From contig OZ004611.1 of the NCBI GenBank assembly GCA_963924565.1, positions 30,814,001 to 30,878,000 on the forward strand: a stretch of 64,000 bases of DNA, written 5' to 3'. This document shows, in pieces, positions 1-13,555 of the stretch (its first letter is position 1; every line of letters starts with the position of its first letter). The position numbers were made by a program, and so were the translations under genes. Source of the DNA: Ascidiella aspersa (Eukaryota). The notes below the pieces were generated by a model that did not search any database, had not been told where the DNA came from, and saw nothing but the letters and a program-made list of their open reading frames with translations.

Positions 1-1025
1 ACACTTGACTTAAAATAAATTCAATACTAAAACATAGGGATTTTTAAGACTTATTAATATGTAAATCACTTAAAATACATTCGCTATCCCATTCAGTTTT
101 TTTCAAAACTTGTACCACCCGAATTTTGATGTTTACATCAATAACCCATAAATCAAACTGAATTAAAATCACATTTTAATTTGCAAATTCTTCACATTTG
201 TAAACAGATTGTTTAAAAGTTTGGCTAGAAAATTCGGATTTACGGTAAAACTATGCACTATATAGCAATAGCTAGATTACGGTTTAAGCCTCTATTTGTC
301 GCTTAAGGATTTTAATTAAAGCACCTTATTTGACTAAATTAGGGTATGCTGGATTCCACGATTGAAAACAAGGGTAATGGTGACGTCATAAACGCGACTA
401 GTCCATTACAGTAAGTCCCATATAAACACGATCCTTTGACTGGCGGTTGCATTTGGTCATCCTACTGCTAAACTTTTAGTTCATATTGATTTGTCTTGTC
501 CATGGCGACCCAACCAAAATAAATGGTGACCTAGTTTTGCGTCGCGACCTACATAGGTTGAAAAATAGTGGCCAAAGAAAAATCCATGATTTTGCATTAC
601 TAAAACAGGCTTACGAAAATAAAATAGAATGTGGGTCTTACCTTTTATAACCACAGAGTTCATAATGTTGTCTTTTTGATCGATGTTTTTAGCTTTAAAT
701 TTACAGCCAGGCTCCTTTGCGGTGCTGTGTAAGGAACCCATTTTTTCAACATTCACTTTTAAAATAATATTGTTTTTATTAGCTTGGTTACTATGAGCAC
801 AATTTCAAATATCTTTTACAACTTATCGAGCGATAACTTGACTAAAGCCTGATTCTGAAACAAAATAAAAATTAAAAATAAAAGGCCTTTTTTATTTAAT
901 TGTATTTTAAATTCTAGTCAAAAAGATATATTTATAAAAAGTATATTTTATATCAGTGAAAACAAACAATCTGTATTAGTTATTTTTACGAATGTTTACA
1001 TTCTGAAAAAGCATAGGCTGTAGGT

Positions 1026-1505
1026 CAGTGGTTCTTAAACTGGGGGGCGTGTGAGGTTCACAAGGGGGCGCGAGAAATTGACAAACTTTGCATGAATTAT
1101 GACTAAACATTAAGGCGAGGTGATTCCCTGCTACTAATCCTCAAATTAAACATTTGGTATCCAAAAAACATAAATTGCTGTTTAGTTTAATATTTTTTTG
1201 ATTTTGAAACAATGTGAGGCACGAGTTTCGTTAAAATTGTAAAAGTTGGGCGTGTCTCAAAAAGTTTAAAGGCTGGTTCACACTAGACGCGTCTACTGTT
1301 AACGTAAAACGTTTTTAAAAAACGCTTTCGGTTGCGGAAAAGTTTAATTAGATATTAACTTTGACGCATTCGGTTAGAAGCGAGGAAATTTTCCGTTAAC
1401 GCTGGCAACGCGTTATGTGTGAACTGGACGACGTTAGCCGTTGGACGCCATACGCTAACGCTAGACGTTAACGCGTCTAGCGTGAACCAGCCTTAAGAAC
1501 CACTG
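1026..1505. mobile_element. hAT-type MITE interrupted by a nested insertion
   Basis: TIR CAGTGGTTCTTAAACT ... AGTT(TAA insert)GAACCACTG; the TIR is restored when 1270-1493 and one TAA are removed. Confidence 0.75.
1270..1493. mobile_element. PIF/Harbinger-type MITE
   Basis: TIR AGGCTGGTTCACACTAGACGCGT / ACGCGTCTAGCGTGAACCAGCCT; TAA TSD at 1267-1269 and 1494-1496. Confidence 0.85.
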
Positions 1506-3051
1506 CTTTAAGGGTTCGTGGACTATTGTTTAAGAGTATCTTGATTTAATAAACAGACTTTAATTAAAAATTAGGCTTTTTACCTAACCATAAACCCCGA
1601 CCATAAGTACATCACTAACTCCCCTAATAATTTCAACCCTAACCCAACCTTTAATCCTAAACAAGGCCTAACAATCCACTGCCAAAACTAGGGCGTCCAA
1701 ACGCCGACACCATAACGGCCGATGTCAAATCGATGGACCCCAAACGTCCCATTCCCTCTCCTTAAAGTTTCAGCTGAAATTTTTACCCATTTGTAGAAAA
1801 TCCTTATATTTGTTTTTTGTAACATTTTTTGTTTTTCCTATTAAAATTAGTGCCATAATAATATAAACTTTTAGGTTTCAAAATTATTAAACTTGCTGAA
1901 CTAGAATAGAATGCAAAATTTGCAAAAAAATGTACATACAAAACTGAGGGTTAAAAAACTTGCAAGTTTGAACTTTCATGAAATATAGTTGCACTAACGG
2001 ACTGTATTACTGTCAACCTTGCTTTGTAATATCAAATATCAAACTTTAATTCGTCTAAAAGCTACAATTTTAAATCCAAACGTTATCATTCAATGGCAGT
2101 TTGCAACATAAAATATATAAATCATTCAATATAACATACGGCAGAATAATAGGATGAGCACTAGCATTTGACAAAATTCTCTAAACTATAACTTGTCGGC
2201 ATTTACTACTTTTACCTACAATAGACCAAACTATTTTTGACGTCTGACTTTCACATAACAATTCAGGAATAAACCTAAATAATTACAGTGTTAGAATTGG
2301 CCGCCAGAAAATAGCTGTGTGACGAAATAGAGGCCATTCTTGTACAACAATCACAGGTTTCTAGCAGATGAATTGCGAGAAAATGGGTTTTGTGAAAGTT
2401 TTTCAGCAGCGTTTTTTTGAGTCAGATCGCCTTGTTCTTATGCACACCACCACGAAATAATTTGAGCAGAAAAATTGACTTTTCGGGCGCTTGCAGAATC
2501 AGCAGCAATACACCTGAAAAAAGTCTATAAACATTAAAATACACAAAAAAAACAAGAATCTATTTGAAAATGTAAATTTCTTCGTATTTCTTCAAAGCAA
2601 TACAGTTGAATGCACTCTTCTGTATTAACATCTTTGGTTTAACAACATTTGGCTTTTAGTTATAAATATAATATTGAAACCCATCTTTGTCAAGAGACTG
2701 GTCATTTTTACAAATTAATCTTTTCCTTTCCATGTAAAATGCTTAACCTGACTTAGCCGTTTTTTCAAAAAAATATCAATATTTATAAATATTGATACTC
2801 AGTCTTATTCGGCCTTACAATTTAATCGTGTTCAGGAATTATTCAGGGTTAGTGTGTTAATATTAGTTCGAAAATTCATAAACGTTAAAAATGGGTCATT
2901 TGACTACGAGTTCCTGGGGTGACGTCATCACTAACTGAGAGGTGGCGCAGAAATGTGCTGGCCAACTTGTGTGACGACACAAAACAACAGTAACATTAAT
3001 GTGGAAAACATGAAAAAATTAATCAAATAATTACAGGTTTTATAGAAGTAA

Positions 3052-3274
3052 AGGCCCGTTTACACTACAGCTGCACTGAGCTGAGCAAATCGTAATTTGA
3101 ATTTAAATTCTATTGTGGCGTGTGTTTCACTATTTGTAAACCCAAGCCCCGTGCAGCTATAGGAAAACATGACGATTTGGGGTGATTTTCAAGCCCAGTT
3201 TAGCTCAGCGCAGCTATAATGAAAAACATTTTACGCTCAGCTCAGCTCAGAGCAGCTGTAGTGTAAATGGGCCT
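3052..3274. mobile_element. PIF/Harbinger-type MITE
   Basis: TIR AGGCCCGTTTACACTACAGCTGC / GCAGCTGTAGTGTAAATGGGCCT; left TAA, right TSD decayed. Confidence 0.7.
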
Positions 3275-4246
3275 TGGGTTTTGAAAAAAAAAAAGCATTC
3301 GCTTGAGTTTTTTGCACTTTTTTTAGTCCAGGTTTGAAGAATGGTTGGTTCAAAGTTGTGGACTTTAGTTTGCGCGAAGTGCAAAATGCACATTTTAAGC
3401 ATTAGGTTAGAAAACTTTCACTTTCAGAGGAGTCATAAGGTGTTTTAAAAACTTTATTAAAAAAATTCCACAACATGTAAAAAGTAAAATGAGATTACGT
3501 GAGTAAATTAATTCGCACAAACAGAAAAAATTGTTTACACAAATATAAACTACATGAAGAAGGGGAATCCTGACAACAGAAATTAGAAGGAAACGAAGAA
3601 AAATACATTTTCTACCGGCGATAATTATTTAACGGCCCGATCAAACCATTCCGACATATTTTCAATCAGCACATTTTTCCTGTGAACCCGGTGCATTGAA
3701 GATTTACGCAAATTAGGGCATTCAAGAACAAAAAAGTCTTGCTTTTAGACCTTGAATTTGTAGATAATGCACAAATGGGACCTTGTAAAACGCAGCCAAA
3801 CATTATAACTATTAAACGTACTTATGTTGTTGGCACCCTTATGTTGTTGAGCTTGCATTTTACAAATAAACAACCAAATACAAAACGGGCCGAAAACCAG
3901 GCCTGGCCGATTTTTCGAAGCCACGGCTTATAAAAAGGTGCCAATCAGTCGGCCGACCTTCGTTCTTTTGCGGTTAAAAGCGCCAGCGCCTTTTTCCAAT
4001 CGTGTGACTCTGCTGTTTACGATATCACCTGCGGCGCGCCAGCCGGGCGCCCAAGCTGCCGTGGAAATAACGCCCGGCTCACGGGCCACCAAGGCTCCAA
4101 AGTCCAACGGCAATATTGCAGAATTGTTGTTTTCCCCTTTTTTGTGTTGCAATTCTCGGCCGCGGCAACTCTTTTACCTTTTTCATTTGAGTTATTGCTG
4201 AGAAATAAAATTCGAACAACATTTAAAATGGCAGTTACCGTTAGAT

Positions 4247-4533
4247 CAAGGGTTCTTAAACATTTTTTACCGCGGACTCCTAACTTTTTTTTGCTTTGCG
4301 TGGACCACGGTAGTCAGAATTTTTTTAAAATGACGTCATAAATTGTCTGCAGTTTTCAGTCCACAAAATTTGAAACTATATATAGTTTAAATAAATTTAG
4401 TAAACGTTTTTAATTTCAACTATTTTTTTTAAATGATTGCTTCTTAAAATAACATTTCAGTTTGGCCTTCATGGTCCCCCAAAATTAGTTCACGGACCCC
4501 AAGGGGTGCATGGGCCCCAGATTAAGAACCCTG
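4247..4533. mobile_element. hAT MITE (CAGGGGTTCTTAAAC family)
   Basis: TIRs; 8-bp TSD CGTTAGAT/CTTTAGAT; relatives at 19564-19892, 22343-22414, 56426-56730, 60447-60780. Confidence 0.8.
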
Positions 4534-6904
4534 CTTTAGATGCTTTGGGTCAAGGGCTTTTCAGAAAACCTTGAACACGCAATTTTTTGGGTTAATTATA
4601 AACACTCAACATTTGTGAAACTATCGCGAGAATTGCGGTAATTTATAATGGCTTTTAAGCTCAAAATATTGTTCAACGAGGTCCGAATTTGTTACCAGCT
4701 GCAATAAACAACCTATTCATTCCCACACTGCGTCCAATGGGCTCACAGTAAGTGAATGTTGCTGATTGGTTGTTGTCCTTTTATTTCGTGTTGAAATTCT
4801 TGGCGGCTATGAAATGTTTTTCACTTTTGTTTTCATATTAGTAAATAGTTAAAATTCGTGCTTTACAGTTTTTCAGACTGCATTTAAAATGGCAGTTACC
4901 TTTGGGTTTTCTCAAATTCAATAAAAACTAGAAATACAGTTGAGGACGTTCTGAAATTACATAATCGTTAAATAAAGAAAAACCTTCTAATAAAATCCTA
5001 TAGGTGTTTGCTCGCCAGGATTAGCCCTATATATTTCACCTAATTGGTTAAAAAAATACGGCTTTTTCTAAAACACCTAACGAAAGCGCAGGGCCCTTGT
5101 CCGACTGTGCTAAAGGTAAATAAAAATCTAATAAAACGATTGAATAAACCAGGGTGGTCCAAGGTTGATAGCACCGCGGGCCTGGGTTTGAACAATCCTG
5201 AACTAAACCATCTCAGATTGAGCCGACATTTGTCAAATTCAAAGGTTATAATTCCGGTACAACTTTTAAAAGACGAACTAAATTTTAATACTGATTTAAG
5301 CTTTCAACAAAATAAGACAAACTTAAAAGTGTAGCTTAACTTAACCCCGTATCATTAAGGCCAATATCCCGAGATTAACTTCTATTTAAGCTTTCCTGAT
5401 TAGTTGCCAGCATACAAGTTCTAGTAAATCCCACGCTATTTCAACGTCAATAGGAAACGATTGGTGCAATTAACACACGCTTGCTTCCTTTGGGGATTTT
5501 GGAGCCAATTAAGCCGCGATCTCTTATTCCTAAAGTCGTATTTTTCTTTTGCTTGCAGTTAACTGGGTTGGTGTCGTTTTGCCGTCGGATTTGTCCTTTG
5601 GATTTAATCGTAAGTTGGACTTTGCGCAATCATTTGGCATCTAGTAGAAGTTCAAAATGAGCACAGAAATTAGGCCAATTGCCCCTTTATATTTAGTCGT
5701 AGTGGAATTTCCAGCTAGACAACTTTAAAAGGCGAGTGCAAAAAGTATCGGCGCATTGTTGTTATTAACAACAACAATTTATATTTATTTATTACCAGGG
5801 TGCTTTGGACTGGCTATTTAAATCTTGTGGTACCTTACAGGTACTGACATTGTGAAAGTAAAATAAATGTGTCTATAAAATATGTCTACATTTTTTTTGT
5901 TATGTTTTAGTAAGTTACCTACATTTTTTAATCATCTGTAGTATGTGTCCTACTTTACCTGCTATTTTCAAAATAGGAGCGGCAATGAAAGTAGGGAGCC
6001 AAAACTAATTTATATTTTCTTCAGTCAAAAATATATAAGTTTCCTCACAATTTCGACTTTTTTGGTAGTCTTCCTTATACAAGTTTTGTGTACGATTAAA
6101 ACGACCAAAAAGTACATGTTCCAGCAGTGTGGTCAGATGATATGTGTTGTTGCCACTTCTTTACAGAAAAATCGCAATAAACAACATAGCTAAATTGTTA
6201 ACAAGGGGGCAGGATTTTTTTAAGGGTGCCAAAAGTCCAAAAACTTTAGGAACCACTGCTATAGTTTTGCACTGCGTACTTTGAACCCAGTGAAATTGCT
6301 GGGGAAAACACGGGAGTCTTGATTGCCCTATTTGACGCTTTGGGGATCTAAAGGCCGATCAATCTTGCTTGCTTTTGTCGACCACTGCTTGAACGATCTT
6401 CCAAGATTGGACTTTGACCTTTTGCACACGAGACGCGCGGGGGTTTAAATGATTTGTTGCCAGCGACATAACTTACAGTTGCGCGGTGAAGTTAAATGCT
6501 AAATAAAGACCTGGGAATTACCGTAACAAGACTTGGACAACTAGATAATTCTAGTTTTCTAATATAATTAATTAGAGCGAAATTCGGCTAATTTAAGTCT
6601 TATCTAATTTGAGAATTGCATATGTGCTCTGGTTCTACTTCTAATCTAATTTGAAAAAGATAAAATCAATCTAGTTGTCTAAGTCTGACCAACGGGCGTC
6701 ACTATTATAGAATTACATTTCAAACAAGTAAACTTACGTTTAAAAGATAACATTTTGTAACAAGTTATGCTGCTCCAGGAAACTGCCAATTTGGTCAAAA
6801 AAAAATTACATATTTTGTTGATTGTTTACTTTTATCATCATCATTCTATAGCGTTGTTTGTACTAGAGTTACGTAAAGAAAAAAACATCCCAAAATCAAA
6901 CTCT

Positions 6905-8170
6905 ATAAATGGTGTGAAACTACTTTTGCACGTTGGGTTCAAAGTTCAAATAAAGGCTTTCACGGAACTGGCGCCGTTCGGTCTTTAAGCTTTTTTACAC
7001 GCGTGAGTTATTCACCTTTAAATCCATAACGAGTCCATTGGGTCACAGCTTGGGTTTATTTCATCTGTGTTTAGCATGAATGGTGCGCAACTTTTTTGTA
7101 CTTTATCTATATTTTTTGCACTTTAATTTTCCACGCGTTAGTCGCATGCTTATACTGTTACAACCATTTGTAACCAAATGCGTTAAAGCTTGAATTCACT
7201 TCACCTATAGGTTTAGCATAAATGGTGCTCAAACTTTTTGCACCTTATTTTTTAGCACCTTTGATTTTTCACGCATTAGCTACATACTTATTTTAACAAC
7301 CATATGCAACCCATATCGCCACAGCTTGAGTTCGCGTTACCTGTCTTGAACTTTATTTGTTTTCTGTTTATTTTTTGCAATTTTTCACGGGTTGGTTACA
7401 TACTTTTACAACCATACGCAACACATGGGCCACAGTTTGAATTTATTTCACCTGTGTTATGGCTTGAATGGTGCGCTTTTTTGCACTTTAGTGCAACTCA
7501 AGGATTTCACAGAATTGTAAACGAAAAATCGGGTGGCACCGTTAGGTCTCCAAACTCCTAATACAAGCGTTAGTTGAGTGTTACCTTTAAACCCATATTG
7601 AACCCATTGCGTCACGGCTTGAGTTCACCTCACCTGTATTTAGCATAAATGGGGCGCAACCTTATTTGTGCTTTATTTTAAGGTTCAGATAAGGATTTCG
7701 TGGAATTGCAGTCGAAGAATCGAGTGGCGCCGTTGGGTCTCCAAGCTTTTGTTACACGCGTTAGTTGAATGTTACCTTTACATCCATATCGATATTACCA
7801 CAGCTTGAGTTCGCTTCATTTTGTTTTCGCTTCATTTCATTTCACCTGTATTTAGCATAAATGGTGTGCAACCCTTTTTTTCACTTTCTTTTTTTTTACT
7901 TTAATTTGTCATCCGTTAGCCGCATGCTTACTTCTACAAACATATCAAACACTTAGGCCACAGCTTGAGTTCATTTCACCTGTGTTAGCATAAATAGTGC
8001 GCAACTATTTTTACACTTTATTTTAAGGTTCAGACAAAAATTGTTATGGAACTGCAATCAAAAAATCGGGTGCCGCTAGGTTTTCAAGCATTTATTGCAG
8101 CAAGCGTTACCTACCCACTTTTACAACACATATTACTCCAAAGCGAGTTCACTTCACCTGTGTTATGTCC
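6905..8170. repeat. Degenerate tandem array, ~110-190 bp units, 8-9 copies
   Basis: Recurring CACAGCTTGAGTTCA(C/T)TTCACCTGT(G/A)TTAGCATAAATGGTGCGCAAC at ~7044, 7186, 7320, 7430, 7613, 7799, 7959, 8140. Confidence 0.8.
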
Positions 8171-9220
8171 CGCCACCTGTTTACCCCAGTTTGCCCGCAG
8201 ACTAGCAAACGACGCCAGCTGTCTTGCGGTTGGATTGTGTGGACAAATCGTTACACTTGCTCTTTGAGCTTGTATTTGGTCGACACCGGCTCCAACTTGG
8301 CGGATGGCTGGCATATTTTGAAGTTTATAACTAAGGGCGGACTGGATGGCTATTTATTGGGCCTTTTTTAAATGGGTTAATACTTTGGCCTTTTTTAACC
8401 GGTTTAGTTCTTTGGCCTTTTTTAAATTAATTTTTATGTAAATTGCCTTTTTAACTTGCTTTTCAATAATCGCATTTTGTATGGAATTTTATTTGACTAT
8501 TTTTTAAACCGAAAGCTTCGGAGGACGCGGCTCCAATTCGGCCGATAGCTTGGATTTATGAAGTTTATAACTGGAGGGCGGACTGGGTAGCTTGGCTCAA
8601 ATCTTTCGCCTTTTTAGAACATTTGTTTCAATCTTTTGCCTTTTATATAAAGTTTTTTTTTTGTATTTTGCCTATTTAATTTGCTTTTCACAAATCTGAT
8701 TTTTATTTTAATTAAAGTGATTTTTATTGGTTTGCCCTGTTTATTTTATATTTTTATAAATCAAACTTTTTCAATCTTTTTTTAGCTAAACCTAATAATT
8801 TTTGTTACACACGTTGCCATGTTTTTTTTTACATTTTATTTGATTGTACTCTTGTTTAATTTTATTTTAAACCAATATTTTCTGTTTCATATTTTGTTAT
8901 ATTAAATTAATGTTGTGAGAAGTATTCTTATTTTCTTGATCATTCCGAAGAACTTTTATATCTCATACTATTTGTTTACAACTCACTTTATTATGGCTTT
9001 GAAAAAATATGAATTTCAAGTATTTATTATTATGTTTTGCCTAAAATCATTTAAGCCTATGGTGTTTTATCAGGCAGAATTAATTTGCAAATATAATTGA
9101 AATCCATTAAATTTGAAAAAACTGTTTCTTAAAACCTTTAAATAACATAAGGTAAACATAATTATGGCAAAAATATCAGCACAGCATGGTATCAGATTTT
9201 GTACGTATATGACTCATTAA

Positions 9221-9398
9221 CTTGATAATGAATTTCAAAGCCAAAAAAGGTCGAGTAAATTGACAACATCTTAAAAATGATCATTAACATATACAAGCAG
9301 GTATCGAACATTTTACCAAGATCATGTAAATTTACTCGACTTTTTGCCTTTGAGAGATTCATTGTGAAGCTACATAACAGATCCGTGCATAGTATTTC
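9221..9398. mobile_element. Penelope-like element (family 1), ribozyme core lost
   Basis: Inverted arms; tail ACAGATCCGTGCATAGT; 13-bp TSD with 2 mismatches (9208-9220/9399-9411). Confidence 0.6.
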
Positions 9399-10556
9399 TA
9401 TGAATTATTAAAATACGAAAAAAGCGAAAATAAGTTATTGCGCAAGAACGCGCGCGGTATCAGCGCTTTTATGCAAACTTTTTTCGCGGTCTGGATTTAG
9501 TTTACCCGGACAGGAGACTCGAATCCCTGACATCGACAAACAGTGGCCAGGTTTGACGGCAAACAGGATACCTGAACACCGCAGAATACTTGGCGTCAAT
9601 CCTAGGCGTCGATTTGACGCCGGGGTTACTGGACTCTGCTGACTCGCAACAAGCAATATGATATTGACGCCTTTTTCGATATTCTTCCCGACCTATGTAC
9701 CGTTTAGTTACAAGCGTTTTCCGTTTCATTTCTTCCGTACTGCGATCCATATATTCCCTTAAAGATGTATAAAGTGCGATTAGCCATACAAGATCAAACC
9801 AAATAATGTATGAAAGAGTAAAATCGAACAAAACACCAAAAATAAAGTTTCATGCACAAATGTTTAGCGTCGACTTTTGATTGAAACAGGTCTACGTTAA
9901 ATTCAAATTAGGATGTCGAAATATATTTTTTTCTGATTTTGTGTTTCTTTTCCTAGATTGTTAAATAACTTTGTTTTGCTCACCGCTAAAAATGTATCGG
10001 TAATCGTTCGATACTAACGTGGTATCGATGCCAAACAAAAATTTATAACGGAATTTAGCCTTAATTTACGAACCATTTATTTACAAGCACTTGCCGTCCA
10101 TTTCATTTCTGCCTTAATTACTGCGATCTATATATTTCCTTAATTGATGTATTAAGTGCGATGAGCCATACAGGATCTGACCAAATAATGTAGTAGAAAA
10201 GAGTAGAAACTTAAAAGATTAGAAACGAACAAAACACCAAATATAAAGTTAATTGTCCAAATATTTAGTGTTGAATTTTAGAATGAAACAAATTAACGTT
10301 AAATTTAGGATGGTGGATAACTTTTTTTTACTCACAATGTCCAATTATATCGGATCTGAGCTGATACGTGATGCCAAGCAATAATATCGGCATTTGTCCG
10401 ATACTTGAGCGATCGGTGCCGATCGGATACTAAAATTATATCACAATTATATGTTCAAACGCACCCGTTCCTTCTTTGAAATTTAAATGCATCAAAAATA
10501 ATAGGTTCACAACTTGACCTAACTAAACTTCTCAACGGTGAAGCAAATTAAGACCT

Positions 10557-10866
10557 TAATGGTGAAAATAACGGCCCAAATAGACGTTAAAAGCGACATG
10601 CTTTATTTTCAAACGTTTCGGCAATTTCTAATGCCATCATCAGTGATATCAAACCTTTTTTTACCTGGCAAAATGTTTTCCGTTTCGTAAAAATAAGAGT
10701 TGACCCCATAAGTTACGGTTTTTTTTTAATAGCAAAATTAAGTAAGTCTAATGGTGAAAATACATTTGCCGAAACGTTTGAACAATAAAGCATGTCGCGT
10801 TTAACGTCTATTTGGGCCGTTATTTTCACCATTAAACTTATGAACAGATCCGTATATAGTGTTCCA
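10557..10866. mobile_element. Penelope-like non-autonomous element (family 2): inverted arms, tail, hammerhead motif
   Basis: Arms 10557-10624/10767-10834 inverted; ~32-nt tail; 12-bp TSD AAATTAAGACCT. Confidence 0.7.
10609..10646 (-). ncRNA. Minimal type I hammerhead ribozyme motif
   Basis: UCA-CUGAUGA-U-GGCA(loop)UGCC-GAAAC-GUU-UGA. Confidence 0.65.
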
Positions 10867-13198
10867 AAATTAAGACCTGTTAACCTTGAAAAACTTGTCT
10901 TTAAACGTTTCATTTATATGTGTTTTGTTTGTTAAATCACAGTAATGACGTCATTTAGTATCGGATCGGCATCGCGATATTTTTGCCCGAAATATCGGTT
11001 ACCGGGATAAATCTCAAGTATCGGGCATTGACTTCGGCTATTTTTGGACAACAATACAACCTTTCTGGCATGAGATATTATATTATAGACCATGTCTATT
11101 TTCGAAAAACGTAGACTTGCTGTTTATTTTTGTAAAACACGATTTTTGGTTCGGATATTTCCCAACTTTTCGAGGGGGTCAGGGTTGTCCAATGGGGTGG
11201 TGCTTTACCTAGTTTAAGTTGTTACGTCATCACTCTTATGTTTCACAAAAGCTCTGCACTGGGCAAATGCCTTGAGCGTTTTTTAAAGACACGTTTTACC
11301 GCAGTTTAAATTTGTATTTTTATTTAAGCTCAAATATCCTACTTGCAGAGTCCAAAGTCCATAGCAATGGTTGGAAGTCAGATCGCAATTCGAAATCCGA
11401 CAGTAAAAGATGACGTGAAACTCACAGAATCGCATTTAAATCCTTTTCCTGAACAACCTTCAAAATAAAGTTGCGATTTAAATTGGGTCCAAATTCCACG
11501 GAGCTATTCAAACCAATTTTTGGTTACTGTCTCCTGGTAATTCGTATCAATAAGTAATTAATTGAATGCATCAAAAGAATGACCCTCAACCAATTTCTCT
11601 GAAAATCCATTGTTAACAAATTTGGTTGCTTTATCATTCTGTAATGTCTGCTTTTATTTCGTATCAATAAATCATTAATTTTATTTATGAAATGAATGAC
11701 CCTAATATAAATTTCTCCGAAAAGCCGTTGTTTAACGAATATAGAGAATATATATTGGTCTACTCTATACTATTAGAATTTAATTAATTGAGGAAAAGCT
11801 GTAAAAAAACCTTCTGCGTTGACTACTGGGTACAACTCTATTGTTTGATTTTTATGAATCTCCAAAGATCATCATAATTTCACCAAGGTTGTGAGAACAT
11901 CGTTTAAAGTTGCTTATAGTTCAGCCTTAACCTGTAGTTATTTTTAAAGACAAAATTGCAAGATCAAAAAAAAAATATAAAATAAAAAAAGTCATTTTCG
12001 CTAACATCTACTAGAACTAGATATTTTACAGCAAATGAATATATTATTTTTGCAAGGATGGTGTAAGAATCAATCCTTTCCATTTAAAACAGTAACTTAA
12101 AATTGGGCAATTTTTTTACTTTAATTTCGACCTACTTAAAAACACCGATATACAGGGTGGTGTTAATTCTAAATGGATTTTTCCCATAATTAAAAACTGG
12201 GCGTTTAAGTTTGCAAGAAAGCCAAAAGACCTTTATCTTGAAATCAAAGAAAATCGGATTGCGTGAGATTTCAATTCCACGGTTCTTAGCTCGTGGCTTA
12301 GCCTTCGTATTACACCTCTTTACTGTGTATAAATCGATATAAAAATATTTTTTTAATCAAATTAAAACAAATCGGTCAAGTTTTTAAAACTGGGGTTAAA
12401 TTAAAGTTAATTAATTGAATCAGCAGAAAGTTGAACGTCTAAAAGCAAGCAAAAGGCAACGAAACTCACAACAAATAACTCGACTTTCGTAAATACAAGT
12501 TAAATAAGCATTCATTTCACTCGCAACGCAAAAATTTTCTTTATTTACGCGAATGCAAGAAAACCGACCAAAATGAATCTCGAGCGTTCGACGGTTAAGT
12601 TGAATTGTACGACGAATGGAAAGGACGAAAGGCGCATAATCCGCTTGCTAATCATCGTTGATTGTGACATTATACATGTTTAGGGCCTAGCGTTTGTGTA
12701 TGAAGTTGGGAATATGGAATGTCATCTTCAGAAAATTCATGGATATTGCATAAATGACTTTCATAGATAGATGCATAAATGACAACGCAAAGAAATTGAT
12801 TTAAAAAGGTATAGCCTGATGTCAGTCGTAAAAATGATAATATCAGAAAAAACAGAAGCAAAAATACGAGTTTCGTTAATATAAATTTAATGATCAAAAC
12901 GTTTGCGCAACCCTACAAACACAATAAAGTCACGCGCTACGCAAGAAAGCTGACTCAAATCGGGCAGATCTCGAAGGTTCGATGGCCAGAGCAAACTCGT
13001 CGGTTTGCACAGCTCGTTTGCACAACATCGGGTCTAGGCGACCACAGCTGGTTCCTCGTAAATGTTGATTTGCGCGACCGCTTCCAGGTTTTCTGGCGTC
13101 AGTGCAATCAACCCACGCGCCAAGCGTCGCGCTGCTGCAGAATGCATTGAAACCACCGCGGGAACTAAAAACGGAACAACAGGGCCCTGTGGAACTTT

Positions 13199-13555
13199 AA
13201 AAGGGGGGGGGAGGGAGTTTTGTAAAAGGGTAGTTTTGAAAAGCCGGAGAGTTTTGTAAAGGGGGGTGATGGGAGAAGTTGTGTTAAAAAAGGAAGGGGA
13301 AGGGAGAAAATGTGAAGGGAGAAAGTTTTTTCTGAAGGGAGAAAGTTTTCTAAAGGGGGTAGTTTTGTTAAGCGGGATATTTTTTGTAAAGCAGGGTAGT
13401 TTTGTAAAAGGGGCAGTTTTATAAGGGGGATGATATAAAGAGGTAAAGTTTTATAAATCGGGTGATATAAGGGGGAAGATTTATAAAAGGGGGGATATAA
13501 ATAGGTCAGTTTTATAAATGGGGGTAATATAAAAGGGAAAGTTTTGTAAAGGAGA
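13199..13555 (+). repeat. Purine-rich degenerate ~20-bp minisatellite
   Basis: Repeated (A)GTTTT(G/A)TAAA(A)GGGG units; C almost absent on the + strand. Confidence 0.75.

Larger units (their letters stand above)
4093..11361. promoter_or_regulatory. Dispersed HNF4-type DR1 sites upstream of the gene
   Basis: GGCTCCAAAGTCCA 4093-4106; TGGACTTTGCGCA 5616-5628; TGGACTTTGACCT 6408-6420; GGTTCAAAGTTCA 6936-6948; GAGTCCAAAGTCCA 11348-11361. Confidence 0.55.

Noticed and set aside
6905-8170. CRISPR-like repeat/spacer appearance
   Set aside because: The context is eukaryotic, the repeats are degenerate, the spacers are homologous to one another, and there are no cas genes.
481-13259. Short ORFs in the upstream region
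   Set aside because: They have no recognisable motifs or consistent exon chain; the GC-richer patches look regulatory or repeat-derived. A small undetected gene cannot be fully excluded.
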